Shown: positions 1 through 15,639, counted from the stretch's first letter. The stretch: DNA of 64,000 bases from a bacterium (GCA_965213685.1 CBDBZY010000064.1:352001-416000); one strand, 5' to 3'. Numbers and translations: made by a program. The notes: generated by a model not told the origin, from the sequence alone.

Positions 1-289
1 CTCCTGGCCCGCAGCCTATCAGAGTGGGTGCAGTGCGTGGAGGGATGGCATGTACAGTACATACTGCTACCGTCACAGAGAGATGGTGGCACTTCATATT
101 AACTGCCAGGGACTCAGGCAGGGTCATGTGATGGGGTCACATGACAGAATGGGATACGTGTACACATATATGTGCAGATGGTGTGTGTGGATGGGATGTG
201 AGTGTGGGTGGACACAGGGGGCATTTTTATGGCCAATTCATGAACTGATCAGCCTAACCATGAATTCTCTATATACACAGTGTATACAG

Positions 290-830
290 TATATGTGTAG
301 TTACATGTATATGGGTATACCTGTATAATATACGTGTAAATACGTTTGTGTAGTGGCAGGTGCAGTGGTGTAAGAAAAGTGTTCATAGTCTACACAGCTC
401 ATAAGTACACGTGTACAAACCTCAAATCTACTTGTACATGTACATGTACATGTACTGTACATGTGTGCGTACATGTACATGTACATGTACACTACAGCAG
501 CCCACACATATCAGAAACTCTTCTAACACGATGATCAACAGTTTGTGTTCAACTGGTGCCTGTTAGACCATTCTGCAATGGACTATGGGTGTGTCGTGCA
601 GAAGTACAGGTAATATGCACACTCTATAGCATGTACATGTACTTGTACAATGTACATGCACTATACATGTACATGTACTTGTACATGCATGTACACACAC
701 TTGTACACATGTGTACATGTGCTGTCAGCAGTTCAGGGTCACTAGTTACAAGCACAGTGCAGTGGAGTGAAACGTCCACACAACTGCTGCCCACAGACAG
801 CAAATACATGTACGTACATGTAGCTGCAAT
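290..830. repeat. Low-complexity (TGTACA/ACATGT)-rich region
   Basis: Dense runs such as tgtacatgtacatgtaca at 433-490 and 630-720. These produce the spurious YMYM/CTCT ORFs. Confidence 0.85.
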
Positions 831-1867
831 TGGACCCACTTACCACAGCCATTTGCACTGAGTGCTCAATTTCCACTATGCCAGTGTGTGCTTAAGACTA
901 AGCATTGCAACACAAAATGTTTGTCCTGCCTTGTACGCTGACAAAGTAAACTGAAGATATTTAGAATACTATATGCAAGTACATACATGTAAGTACCAAT
1001 TATCCCTCCTCCCTCCCTCTCTCTCCTTTCCTCCCTCCCCCTGCTCCCCTTCCCTCCCCCTCTCCCCTTCCCACACACATGCTAGGTTCCAGCTAGGCTA
1101 GCTCAACACCCAGCAGTGATCCATACCCAGTGACTAGCCACACAGAGCACATCATGAATAGAGTTACTGATGAATGCCTTCACTGAAATGTCTGAAATAG
1201 TGTACTCTATGAAAGGTCATGTAATCAATTATCATAAATTCACTACAGAGTGTTCATCAAGAGCTACATGTATGTACATCCATTTGAACAGAAAGCCAGA
1301 CGAGCCAGGAAAGCACATGTTTGTTATGCTGCTGGATGGCCGGGAATGGCCCTCTCCCCACCTCTCCACCTGCTGACAGACACCGCACACCCACAGCTAG
1401 TGGAGGGGCTGGCTTGGTTTACTCACACTCCACAACAATACATTCCCCACATTCCCCACCTCAGTCAAAACACTGTGATTCTCAGAGAGCACTCGTGGAA
1501 CACACTGTTTGCTGCAGTCCATGTTCAGTCCATGTTCAGGGAGTATGTGTTGGGAGGGAGAGCTCGGACACAAAGGGAGGCATTGGGTATTTGTATATAA
1601 ACTCATTTGAAGGTCACAAGGTTTATTATCCGGGTGCAAGCAATGCCTTGTGTGTGCCTGCCTGCCTGCCTGCCTGTTAAAGGTGCTCTATAGGGAAGTG
1701 TCTGCTGGCGAGCAAGCTGCTGCATCAGCTAGCACACAGCTGAGCACTGTGAGTGTACCTTTCCTCCCCTCTCTTATCTATCATCTGTTTGTACATGTTG
1801 TTATCATACTCCCTACATTTCCATAAAAGTATAGAGTGTGAGTGCCAAGTAATGAACATGCACCTAC

Positions 1868-1978
1868 GCACAACCCATAGCACAACCCATAGCACAACCC
1901 ACAGCACAACCCATAGCACAACCCATAGCACAACCCATAGCACAACCCATAGCATGGGGACATGCACAACCCATAGCA
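1868..1978. repeat. 12-bp minisatellite (gcacaacccata)n
   Basis: About 8 near-perfect tandem copies, translating as STTH / VVLW / YGLC repeats. Confidence 0.95.
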
Positions 1979-3627
1979 CTGCTACAACTACTCTATGTAA
2001 ATACTACTCCAGACATTTATCTGTGCAATCTTTTGAAGGTCCCTGTACATGTACACACATGTACATGTACAATGCAGATGCATGAGTATATACATTTGTT
2101 GGAAGTTGCTTAGCAACTGAAATTTTAAAGGGCACATATCTTGAAGCTGAAGTGGTAGAGGAGGTCATGGGGTGGCTAGGGTGAGTAGGCCCGAAACTTC
2201 CAACAAAATGGTTACATGACCCTAATGGGGACGCATTCGCCCATGCAACTCATGCATCCCAATTAGGGTCATGTAACTATAATGAACATGTACAATGCAG
2301 GTGCAGGCGTATATACATGTACACTGCAGATACATGTAGCTGTACTAGTTTGGCTAACACATTGAGAGGTAGTCTAGACTATGGGCTGTGTTTGACATGT
2401 ACATGTAGCTACATACGTGTGTATGTTCCACCACCAGCCACACTGCTACCACATACACTGAACCTCATGTGGTGCAGGGTGCAATGCTCTGTGGTACCCA
2501 CACACATTCTACAGACTTTTCATTTCAGACAGGAATTCATAGTATACACTGTGTGGCTTGAGAGCCCAAATGAGTTTATCAGCTTCCTGATATTGCAAGC
2601 CACTTCAATATGGTAGCTATTACTTGGGACACTCTACACCATTCCGAAGGGCTAGGGAAGTGTACATAGAGAGTAGTGCACAAAACGGTAGCGTCCATGT
2701 GCCATACACCCACATACAAATACAGCAAATAATAAGAGCGGCACTCAAATATTGGGTGGGGAATCAACTTGGCTCCAAATGGTTGATAAATTGAGTTAGT
2801 ATAATAATCTTTTGTGGCATCATTTAGAGCAGTCCGGCCACCAGTGAAATATTATGGCAGTCAAAAACTAGAAATACATACCACAAGTATAGCACGTGCA
2901 AAGAATAGCTACGCAGCATGTTATTCTTTTCATAGGATGCTTTTTTTCCTGCCCATACTCCTCCACTGTCCTTCCAATTGGACTGTGACCACTTTGGCAA
3001 GGAGCTTGGCTATGTCTCACAACTGAAGTGTTCGTTGTCACCTTACAATGAGGTAACATCACTCAATTATCACAGTGGCTTCTGCATGCTTTCCTAGTCC
3101 TTGGATAACACGTTTTCAGTGATCAGCTGCTCATTTCCTGCTGTGAGGGCATATTCGGACAGGTGGGCCTAGATCACTGGTGTAATGTACATGTACTTGC
3201 ATAGTTATAATATGCATGTACAGCATTTGTTGGGGGTGTGCTGTGCTAACTCTCTAACTACACACATCTATTGAGATATGCATATACTGACAGGCTATAC
3301 ATACACCTCAAAGCATGTAGTGTGCATACGCATACTGTACATGTGCTTGGAACTCATATCCAAACCAATATTTCTGAGAGTTCGCTGTACTCATAAGCAT
3401 ATAGTTGTACATATATGCTAGTACCAACTGTGTACATTCGTAGTACACAGACTAGCATGCAGTTCGAGGAAAGGAAAATATATTAGCAACTCTCCTCGGT
3501 AAGAAACCAAATGTACACTTATTTCATAGTAGATGTACCGGCAGCAATACACCATGAGGGACTGGACCAACAGGGCACTGTGAGCACAAGCAACAGTCAG
3601 CACCCTCCACCATGAATCATGCAAAAC

Positions 3628-3845
3628 ATCCTTGTTTGCTATGAGACTAAGTAGACCCCCCTCCATGCCAGGGGTGCATACTTAGGTTAGCATCCTTGTT
3701 TGCTATGATGCTCCAGGCTTGCTATGATGCTAAGTAAAGCCCCATGCCAGGGGTGCATACTTAGGTCAGCATCCTGGTTTGCTATGCTGCTCCTTGCTTG
3801 CTGTGATGCCAAGTAGAGTCCTCTTCCCTCAATGCCAGGGGCTAG
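3628..3845. repeat. Degenerate ~60-80 bp tandem repeat
   Basis: catccttgtttgctatg...ccatgccaggggtgcatacttaggt recurs about 3 times. Confidence 0.75.
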
Positions 3846-4002
3846 AGCCACCTCCTCCTCCCTCCATGGCTAGGGGTTAGCCCCCTCCATATCAGGGGTG
3901 CATACACAGGTCAGTTGATAAACATGGTACAGTGATAGTATGTGTCCATGTTTCAAAACAGGCTCTGAGGTTTGCAGAGAATAGACAAGCAGGTCTGGCC
4001 AT

Positions 4003-4215
4003 GGGGTGGGCACAGGGTGGGCACAGGGCTGGACACAGGCTGGGCACAGGGCTGGGCACAGGCTGGGCACAGGGCTGGGCACAGGCTGGGCACAGGCTGG
4101 GCACAGGGCTGGGCACAGGCTGGGCACAGGGTGGGCACAGGCTGGACACAGGCTGGGCACAGGGCAGGGCACAGGGCAGGGCACAGGGCTGGGCACAGGG
4201 CACAGCACAGGGTTG
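4003..4215. repeat. 11/12-bp GC-rich minisatellite (gggcacag(g)gct)n
   Basis: About 17 tandem copies, open in all six frames. Confidence 0.95.
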
Positions 4216-4910
4216 GCCATAAAGCTTCGCAAGAACATGGAATGCACACACTGTACTGTCATAAGTGTCTCTGCAGTAAAGAAAACTTTGACTTGCAAAC
4301 ATTGCCTTCCAGGGGTCAGTAGCTCAACACACATACATGTAGCTACTGATAGTGTTGCATGTTTAGTTGTTCCAAATATCTCACAAGGCTAAAAACTTTT
4401 GGAAACTGCTGTTCTGTGGTGGGAGATGAGAAGGGAATGGAAGAGGGCGGAGGTAAAAGAGGCAGACCAACTAGTCCTAGCATAACTTGAAAGGGTGAGC
4501 ATCTTTCTTCCCCGGTAGAGTGCGTATGGGTTGTGTTGTGACAGTTAACAGAACAGTGCGTGTGGTGCTCCATGCGCATGTGAATCCTAGGCTAGCGCAC
4601 TGTAACAAACAACAAACTGAATACTCTCCCCCCCCCCCGGTTGAAGAAGGCTTGTCAGTGGCGATTCACTACAACCCAATGTGCAGGAGACACACAATAC
4701 GGCAACCGTCGCTCCACTACAGCACAGTTTACGCAGACTTACAATATCTGCGTGGTCTCCAGATCCTTCCAACGTGTTTGTCTAGCGGTAGGCCACTGTG
4801 CACTTGCCTCCAGATTCTCTGCACATTGACATTGGACGTGTTTTGCTTCAATGGAAAAGTATTTGCATGTAACTCCACCTACTATGTCCCGGATGCGGAA
4901 ACCTATATAG

Positions 4911-4958
4911 TAGTCTGGCGAAGCCACGCCCGCGCTCGGGTGTGGCTTCGCCAGACTA
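4911..4958. mobile_element. Tiny hairpin MITE-like palindrome
   Basis: tagtctggcgaagccac...gtggcttcgccagacta: perfect 17-bp arms bounded by TA. Confidence 0.7.
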
Positions 4959-5099
4959 GTACGTGCTCCATGAATTCATTACGAGCAAAACCTCGAGATA
5001 GGAAATCAAGCCACAGGCATTACATCAGCAGTTCTAGGGCCCGCCATGCATAACCCTCTTATTACCACCCTCCCTCACAAGTTGTACAGTGACATGCTA

Positions 5100-6525
<1,426 letters not shown>

Positions 6526-7405
6526 AAACCACCTCATCCCACCCCCATGTCTCCATGATGTATGTATAATTATATAAAACTCATGCTTCATTTTCACCAG
6601 TTGTACATACATGTAGGCGTAGGAACCTTCCAAAAAGTGGGGGGACCCAAGTTTTGTGACGTATTACTGAAAATCCGCATAAATGCGCGCAAACTGTGTA
6701 GACTATGCGCGCGAGCGCACACACATGCGACTATGCCGCTCTTTGGAGACAGACGTTGTCGTATGTGTGATGGTTCTATACCTGAGGATACTAGCTTCTT
6801 CACACACCTATCTCAGGACCATACTCCCAGTTCTGTTGACATCGAGAGTCTTCTAGTCAACCTCAGCTCTCAAGACTCTGATCCCAGCACAAACTCCTTT
6901 CACTGGATGAGGTCAGTTGTCTCTGTATGTCACTCTTCCTCCTCACCTTCATAATCTTATTACATATCACTGCATCTGCATTGTCAGCCACTTATTTATC
7001 TATCCCCTTCATTGGGGGCAAAGTACATGAACTTTGACATTTGCGATAGTGTAGCCGCCCTTGGGTATTACAGTCAAGAATAAAAGACAACATTATATGG
7101 TAGAATTTACAGTTGCCGTGTCAAATAGTGGAAGCCATGGCCTTCTTGGCCCCCCCCCTCCACTTCCTAATAGTGCCCCTGGCCCCACCCCTGCTTCCAA
7201 TGCATAATTATGGTTTAGAGAAAATTAATACCCCCAACACAATACATTGCAACAGACAATAATTATTTCAATATCACAATTATTGGTTTATTGCAAGTAT
7301 ATTCATGATCATGACAGCCAGTAAATCATTTGCTTCTAGGGGAAATCTGTTGCTTCTAATAGGTGTGTACAAATTAGATGAGGTGAAGGACCAGTACTGG
7401 CTAGT

Positions 7406-9632
7406 TTAAGAGCATGGGCTTTGGTTGGCCAGTAGAGCTGTGGCTGATGTCCTGCCACGGATGACTTGCAGAAGCTGCATACAGTGTATCCTACTGGACA
7501 CTCCAAGATCTTCTACAAGGATCTTCTCATCACATTCTGTGAGGATTTCCCCTGTAATATGCTCTGAAATGAATCTCTCACAGTACTGAGACAGGTTCAT
7601 AGCCTGCAACAGCTCTGCCACCTGCATATTGGTGAAGATGAATAAATCATCAGAGTACCATGTTCCAACACAAAGAGTTGAATCTATTTTCTAAAGGTGA
7701 TTGATAAGCGGGTAATAATATGTGCAGACTACACAAATCTAAAATCTCACATAACCTGACCCTTTTGATGGAGAATGTTTTCAAGTGTTGTATATTTTCT
7801 TTCTGAAGTGCTTGTTCTTTGGACATAACTGTGCCAGACCCACCTGTGGTGTTGTGTGTGATACATGCATGAAAATCTACTTACCCTGAAATTATTATGT
7901 ACGTACTTTCCTTCCCCCCCCCCCCTCCTCCCTCTTCTCCCCTTGTCTCTTGTTCCCCCCCTGCTGGTAAGTCCCTCAATTATGGTGATATGCTGGCAAT
8001 AACAATACTAGCATGTAGTCATGGTTGATGTTTATCCAAATACAGCATGTAAGAGTAAGATCCTCACCAGTTTGAAAAAAAAAGGCTCATAGTGGCTTGC
8101 CTAGCGTCATGGCTTACTACACTCACTCAATGCACATAAATAAAGTTCACTAGATACTTAGACATACCCTGTGACTTGAGTGTTGCTATTTCAGAACGCA
8201 ATGCATACACTTCTCTCTCCAACATTTCCACTCGAGCAAGTAGTTTCCTAAATTCAATCAAATTAGTTGTGGTGCCCATTTCACTGCTTTTAGTGGTTGT
8301 GAGGCTACCACTGGGTCTGACTGAAGAAAGATTGGGCCTACACGTCTCATAAGATTTTCTCTTAGTAGGCGTTAGTATGTTCAATGGCGTGTAATTATGG
8401 CGGACACCTTTTTTTGAATCTTTTGCTGGAGCACTACCTGTTTCAGCTTGTGGTGACTGCTGCTGCTTGCTGTGGAGCTTAGGTTTGGGTGTTGGATGTA
8501 GAGGAGTACTGGGTCCACTTCTATTGTGGGTAGCTAAGGCATTCACACGTTGTGGTATTACGGGGGATTGGGAGGGGATAAGGGTATCGTAGACTGAGTC
8601 TGGTTTTTGCAGCTCAAAGCCTTCCCTCTCAAACCCACTCCTGACTGCTGTGCATAGCTTAGAGGAGCTTGTTTTGATGGACAGAGTGCTGAATGCATCA
8701 AACCTCTCATAGAGCTTTCTCGTGTAGGCATACAGTCTCTCCAGCTCTGCCTTCTCCAACTGTATGACTTTCACATCTATTGGAAGGTCAACTGGGATCT
8801 CAATAGGCTTCTGATCTTCGTCTTCTTTCAAGGTGGTAGAAACAACAAGTGATGTTTCTGTATGCACTCCTGTCAAAAAGGATGCTTCAGATGTGATTTC
8901 GTAAGGTATATTCTCTGGCATGCTTGCCTCTTTCATAACCACTTGCACTTCTAGCGGAAATTCATTGGAAAAGTGCTCAATAATGTCAGGCAGGTGAAGG
9001 CAGCTTCCATAGGGATCTGTTGTGAAACGTCCCAGACAATCGCTATCCAGCATTTTCTGCTCCCTTCTTGTGATGCTGTACACTTGCAGTGCTTTCTTTT
9101 TCATTGGAGTTTGCACAATCTTTTGCACAACCAAAATTTCGTACTGCTCAACAGAAGATTTGGGGTTGCTCCGGATGTGTGGTTTTGTTGCCAGAATAAC
9201 CTTTGGCAGTTGTATCTGAGCCATTACGTCGGATACCCGCTCAAAGCGATATCCCTGCATAGCTGCTTTTAGATCACCCTTGGGGTTGAAGATTGGCCCA
9301 AACTGAATGGCTGAGTTCAGTGGAATATTGTAGACCTTATCGCCTAAATCTCTCAGCAAAGCCACCTTATTGCGCTTCACAAAGTGAACATTGTAGACAT
9401 CTCCTGTGGCTATGGAGCATCGCTCGTCACAGACAAAGTAACCCTTCTCCACGACGATCCGAAGGGGCAAACTGTGCACACACTTCAACATGAAATTGTC
9501 CAGCGTGAGTGTCTCTTCAGCTTGTCTGTTTGGAGAACTGTGTTGTTCTTCTGAGCACTGAGACCTCCCTGGTGAGTGACATTGGGACGATGATGCTCTA
9601 GGGTACATGGGGACATAGCGGTTTGCAAGCAT
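7406..9632 (-). CDS. CABIT-domain + Pro/Tyr-rich linker + coiled-coil + SAM adaptor (GAREM/THEMIS-like), paralogue A; exons 9632-8168, 7843-7761, 7621-7406
   Basis: CABIT-like LPLRIVVEKGY...YNVHFV...IPLNSAIQF...FERVSDV...LPKVI; coiled coil LLARVEMLEREVYALRSEIATLK; SAM exon VAELLQAMNLSQYCERFISEHITGEIL...LGVSSRIH. GT-AG junctions with matching phases (1, then 0). Confidence 0.85.
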
Positions 9633-11855
9633 ACTGAATACCCTGTGTAGTGAAGGAAACAAAGACCTATGATCCTGCTTGTCTTTTTAAGAGTACACAA
9701 TACCACACTCAGTGGCATAGCAATGAATACTACACACAGGAATGGGTATAACACAGAGGAGTAGGAAGCATAACAGATCTAGTAAGGCCAGACGCACCAC
9801 TTTGCATACATGTCCCCACCCACTTTGAACATGTATCTCAATAGTACAGTTCAACTTGCATGTGCCTAGTAGTAGGCTAGTAATGTGCATGCGTAAGCCC
9901 AACCCAGCACTATTGACGCTAAAGAGCTGATCTTGTACATCTCACTCGGTGACAAGGACTGCTTCACTGTTTAAGGATGGTCAGACATCATGAATATTAA
10001 TGAGGTGGCTGGTTGCTATGGGATTATATTTCGGGAAGTATGCTAGCTATACACAGTGCGATTGCACCATTATAATGCCTGCATGCACTACTGCTGATAT
10101 ACAAAGCTTCTCTTGATTACCCGCAGATCAGATGCTGAAGTAGTCAAATCTTGGCCATTTTTTAATAAAACTTCCTAATGAAGTCACCTACCTCTTTGAA
10201 ACTCAGGTACTAGGGCTATTCACACTAGTGGAATTGATTAACGTGGCCATTTTCGCTATAGCATACGCATAAGCATGAGTTTTTGAATGTTTCTCAGTGT
10301 TGGAGTGTTGAATTTGGAATAACTCCACATTACGGTCTGCGTCACCTGCTTAGGATGACGTAAATGGCTGAAAATCCCATTCCCAAACAACCTGGAAGTT
10401 TTACAGAGTTATGCACGTTTAATTGCTATGACATGCAAGGATTCCGTAGTTTTCATGGCGCAAGAATGTATGTTAAGTACCAATTAACCTTGTATGCGGA
10501 CCGAGCCCAATACGTCATCTGGCTGTGTGAGCGAGCTAGGAGCAGGCAAAGGGAAGCTTTTGTACATGCGGTGGCTTTTAGAAAAGCCGGTTAGAGAGAA
10601 AGAAAAGGAAGAAGAGGCAGGAAAGTGGACCCCGAATCAACAGCGCGGCATGATCTCTCCCTTAGTGGCTGATTAGGGCAGGAAAGCAGGACCCCGAATC
10701 AACAGCACGGCATGATCTCTCCCTTAGCGGCTTGCTCCGTACTCCCTGTTGCCAAAGAATGCTCTGGAACTCATTACTTGTCTCACACTGAGACGACCTC
10801 AGTTCACATACGGCTGAATACGTCAAGTGAAAGGCACCGCTCCAGGCGCTTGGCTTGGGTAACAGTGACACGCTTTCCCAGAGACTGAAGAAGAGCACAC
10901 ACATGACCTCTCTGTTCCTTATGACCATAGACTGCAAGCAAGCCTATAGCATGCACTCGTAGCTACTAACAAGCCCATAGCATGCACTCGAAGCTATGTA
11001 CTAACAAGCCGCACTCTAGCTCCTAAGGAACTGCAATGTAAATGTGCCCAGCTGTTGCATGTTTGTGGCTTTCACTAATTAACCCATGAAGCCCTGCTGT
11101 GCACATTCCTTTGGAGCCACATAGTATCCATGCTGGACCACCCTTAAGGTGGTGGGGTATGAAATGGATAATTAAATTTTATGTAGCGCTACTGACCAGA
11201 ATAATTAAGCAACAGAGCTTTGTAAGGCATCGTTCGAAAGGTCAAGGAATGCACTTTTATACACACACCTTCACAAGGCCTGTTCACAACACAGGGATGT
11301 AGAATTGAAGCATGAAAAGCGAGTAGTGAGAAGTGTTTTCCACATCAATTTTAGCCACAGTCACACTGTGGTAGCTGCACAAACCAACACATACCATATG
11401 CTGTTGATCTCCACCAGGGCTAGAATCACTTCATTCGCTTTATATGCAAGCAGTGGCTACGTGAGGGTCTCGTTTCCCCCGTGCGCACTGATTTTCTTCA
11501 TGATCTTTACAGTTCAGCAGCGTGTAGCTGCTAAACCGTAGTTGTATTGATGGAATTTTTACATTCCTGCCCTAGCCCTGTGTCCTTATAATAGGAATAC
11601 GAGCAATATACAGTCCAAATTTGTCTGAAGTGAACGAAAAGTTGTTGCCCATAAACCGCATTAAGCGGTAGATACGCCCGCGCAACACGCAACACTACCT
11701 CGCCACCTTAAGGTGAACATCTGACTAGAGCACTTAGAGAAAAGTTTAGTGCTAGGGGGTATGCTGATATAGTTAGTATTACACGATTATCATTGTTTCC
11801 TTATCATCATGGCAAAGTACGTAGAAACATCTCAATATCGCTATGACAATAAATA

Positions 11856-14580
11856 TACGGTCAGTGTATTTTTCGGCCATTCTGTTTTTAGCTTTTCTTT
11901 CATGCCTGGTTACCTGAAACGTATATACTGATTTCAGGATTTGGCTTTCATCGCTCACCTGAAATACGCTTCAGCTTTCAGCTCTCAGCCATTTGCCCGA
12001 TGAGCTCAACCAAAACGCTATGACACTCCTACTTGAAGGTACTATTCGGCCAACGTGTTTCCAGTCCCTCTCTCCTATCTACTTGAACTTGCATTGCAAC
12101 TTGCTTAGATCACTAACCTAAAACCTGAAATACGCTCAGTTTTCAGCTTTCAACTTTTCAAATCGGTGGACTACACAAAGCACGGTATTCTGTGCAGTAC
12201 TTTTCGGCCAAGCGCTTTTAAACTCGCAGGATCATATGGCATCAGCTAATCTAGCCCTGCCTCCTAATTCTCCACAGTAGGTTTAGCTCTAGAACTAGTG
12301 TCTATAGCAATCCCATACTACGTTTTATTACCCATAGTTCTAGACCTAGTGTCTATAGCAGTCAAAGTGTCATTTAAAAGGACTGAAAGTCATTTTAAAA
12401 AATGTCAAGAGAACCAAAGGGCTTGGAGGACAGCACATGAAATAGTTTTGAAGAAGAGTTACAAAAGACTGAGTTAAGGAAAAGAAGTGTCTCACTGCTT
12501 GTTTAAAGGGTAAACCATCACTATACTGCACATTTTCGAAAAGTTCCTCCATACTTGGCATGTGCAAATAGAAATCACGCTCTCTTAATAGCTTGAGTTG
12601 CTCATGGCCTTCCAGTGGGTCTTGGCCAAACACATGTTCTTGCACTAAATTTCCTCCTCTTTCTTGATGCATGTGAATTATTTCGGCTGTAGATGGCACT
12701 GTTGTAGGCATCAATGTGCTAGTCTGTGGAGCACAACTACAGAGCAAAAAAGAGAAGGTTACTTTAACCTTGCTAAGGTTATCTCAGTTGCAACTATCAC
12801 TCCCCTATTGAGTTTCTATTTCTTCTATACCCCTGAGACTGATAGCATGTGTACGTCACCAGGTGCAGATATCATGCGTACATTGTGTAGGGTGTCCCCA
12901 TGCAGAGTGTAACCAGAGTAATGCTCACTATGGTAAGAACTTCACATGTGACATGTAAACAGCTCATAGGGATGCCACAGCTAGGCCATGCTAAATGATT
13001 AAAATTACTCTATCCCTCAATCCTCCACATTTCTTGAAGGATATCCTACACATTCTTTATACCACTTCAGTGCCAGATGTTGAGAGAGCATATGTGCAAC
13101 TGAGATAACCATACCAATGGTAAAGTAACCATGACATTTTTGCAGTGTAGCCAGAGCATTAGGCATACCTCCACATACTCCTGGAATCCTGTGTGCATTC
13201 CAGGCTGCTACAAACTTCAATAGGTGATCTTAGCACATTTACAGTTATCCATGATACGCAAAATGTTACTGTCTCATCAGTCATATTGATTTCATCATTT
13301 CCCTCCATTTCAACTAGTATTCCCTTGACTGGATAATTAATCCTTTGATTAACCTCAGGCCACATTCTCTCCACACGATGGTTCTGGCAGGAAGTGCTTT
13401 GTAGGACTGGAAGACTATTTTGCCACTCTCGATAGTGTGCTAGATGCTGCTGTGCTTCTAGCACTAAGACAATTCTGTTCCATGGTCCACTCGAACTTGT
13501 TGCCAGAGAGTATAGTGAAGCAGCAAGGGTTTCATCGGGACATTGTAGATGGCAATGGAGTTCTTCACAGGAATTGTTTTGCAGCTGAATCCGTCAATTG
13601 CCATGACATGTGTTAGGTCATACATAGCTAACTTTTCATTTTGATCGAAGTGCAGTTTATCTCCGAAAAACCTAGCTGTGTACGGAGGAGGGTTTAGGTG
13701 GCGACATGCTCTTTGTCTTCTTCCCAGTTGGACTGCTATAGGTACTAGAACTATGGGTAATATAACGTAGTATGGGATTGCTATAGACACTAGAGCTACG
13801 AGTATCTGTTCCATACAGAACAGAAAGATTCAGACTCAGATTTTGAAGAGCTACCACCATTCTCTATGAGTAGGAGTGATCAAAAACACACAGTGAGACG
13901 GAACACTTCATATTCTATGCTGACATGCAAAACATAACTAGCTGTCATCTAAAACACATCATTCTTTGTTCTTCAGAGTATCTGTACTTGAGTTTTCACA
14001 GATCTTAATTATTGTCACCTCCGATCATTAGTTTCATTTGACACTTGGACTGCTATAGATACTAGCACTAGAACTATGGGTAAATAAAACATAGCATGGG
14101 ATTGCTATAGACACTAGAGCTACGAGTAATAAATCTACTGTGGACAATTAGGAGGCAGGGCTAGATCAACTGACGTCATGTGATCCTGCGATCGTGCAAG
14201 TGTGCAAAAGTGCTTGGCCAAAAAGTACCGCATGGAATATCGCGTTTGTGTAGTCCACTAAAGTCGTCAATTTGAATCAAGCTGAAAACTGGAGCGTATT
14301 TCAGGTTTTAGGTTAGTGATCTAAACAAGTTGCAATGCAAGTCCAAGTAGATAGGAGAGAGGGACTGGAAACACGTTGGCCGAATAGTACCTTCGAGTAG
14401 GTGCGACATAGCATTTTGGTTGAGCTCATCGGGCAAATGGCTGAGAGCTGAAAGCTGAAGTGTATTTCAGTTTTCAGGTGAGCAATGAAAGCCAAATCCT
14501 GAAATCAGTATACATGTTTCAGGTAACCAGGCACGAAAGAAAAGCTAAAAACGGAATGGCCAAAAAGTACACTGACCATA
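11856..14580. mobile_element. IS3EU-like DNA transposon with ~520-bp terminal inverted repeats
   Basis: 11856-12372 is the reverse complement of ~14040-14580. Termini TACGG...CCATA (TAY...RTA type). Flanks taaata/tacaca could be a decayed 6-bp TSD. Internal integrase-core relic. Confidence 0.75.
12370..13730 (-). pseudogene. Degenerate integrase-core (DDE) transposase
   Basis: ARFFGDKLHFDQNEKL...HVMAIDGFS, QVRVDHGTE, QNHRVERMWPEVNQRINYPVK, WNAHRIPG, VFGQDPL, spread across several frames. Confidence 0.85.
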
Positions 14581-14689
14581 TACACACACAATTAGCACAA
14601 TGTGCATGCACATGCTAGTTAATTAAAGCTTAATGCACAAGTGAGCATAGTTCATGAGTTTTCTGCAGCAAATTGAACTGCACTATATG

Positions 14690-15380
14690 GGAGACTGTAG
14701 TTTTCTCCAGAGCTCCTACTCCCGTAAACCTCAATGATGCAGGTAAAAACAAGTGCCTGGGTTATTGGTGGAGAAGTGATCTCTATGCTACTCGTGCAAT
14801 TGATAAAATGAGCACGCCAGGCCCTTTTTCTCTTTGGAAGTGTTAGAGCCATCTAAGCCTAAAGGTGATCCTTCCCCACTTCCATCTGTCTGTCTCTATA
14901 GTAGAAACCTGTCTTTGTCCCCTCTTATTGTATGGTTCTGAGAATTGGATTCTCACTGATCCTTAGTGAAGAGATTGGAGTCGTTTCAGAAGGGAATTGG
15001 GTACGTGAATTTCTGAGATGACTGAAATCTCATTCCAACACAGCAGCGGTAGTAGTTCTTGAATTGCCATCCATGAGGTGCAAGCTGTTGCTGTGAAAGT
15101 TTTTTGAGGAGGTTGTTGAAGTATGGGTGCAGTTGGGGTTGGGGGCTGAATTGCATGCATGTGCTGATAATGTTGTGGGGGAAAGATGTTGATTTCTGAT
15201 CTATGAAAAAGGTTATTATGCAGAAAGATCGCAACATGTCCATTCAAAAGTGTAAGGCCCCTCTGATTGTTGAGGTATCAAAAATGGCCCAGATGTTTTG
15301 ATGGAATTCTGGAGCATGGTGGAAGGTACACTGCCGGGTTGTAAGCCTCATAAAACTGATGTCACACCATGGCAGAGGGA
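14690..15380 (+). mobile_element. Highly decayed LINE 3' fragment
   Basis: Plus-strand relic motifs LGYWW, IVETCLCPLLLYGSENWILTD, similar to the LLYGCELW segment of the LINE at ~53730. Confidence 0.6.
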
Positions 15381-15639
15381 GGAGGCCTTGCCCCTTCTGT
15401 GATGACTATGACTTTGATGTAACAATCCTGGAACAATAGCTTTGTCATTTTGGTCGTGTGAGTTGGCGAAGCTAGACTTTGAGATAGGAAGAACTACTGT
15501 GTCACTTGCCTCTGAGTCCAAGAGGGATATGGCAGTCAAGGTGGGAAGGTCTGGTAGCAAAGCTGAAGTGTGTATCAAGAGTGTGGATACTTTGGGTTCC
15601 AAATGAGGACGGCCAGCCACAGAACATCAACAAGGCCAT

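Noticed and set aside
1725-2085. ORFs with VVLW/STTH/YGLC repeats
   Set aside because: Translations of a 12-bp minisatellite.
1-3700. Possible exons of a minus-strand gene (e.g. TPLHCAC near 750-775, segments at 1280-1375, 1460-1545, 3480-3620)
   Set aside because: No consistent spliced frame or recognisable domain could be built, and stops are present.
3870-4392. Six overlapping Cys/Pro- or Gly-rich ORFs; superficial array-like look
   Set aside because: Stop-free minisatellite with no unique spacers, so neither coding nor CRISPR.
6562-6954. 130-aa ORF with CxxC...H motif
   Set aside because: Most likely a LINE C-terminal relic inside repeat debris; no gene structure.
10618-10730. 60-bp direct repeat x2
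   Set aside because: Simple local duplication with only two copies and no spacer.
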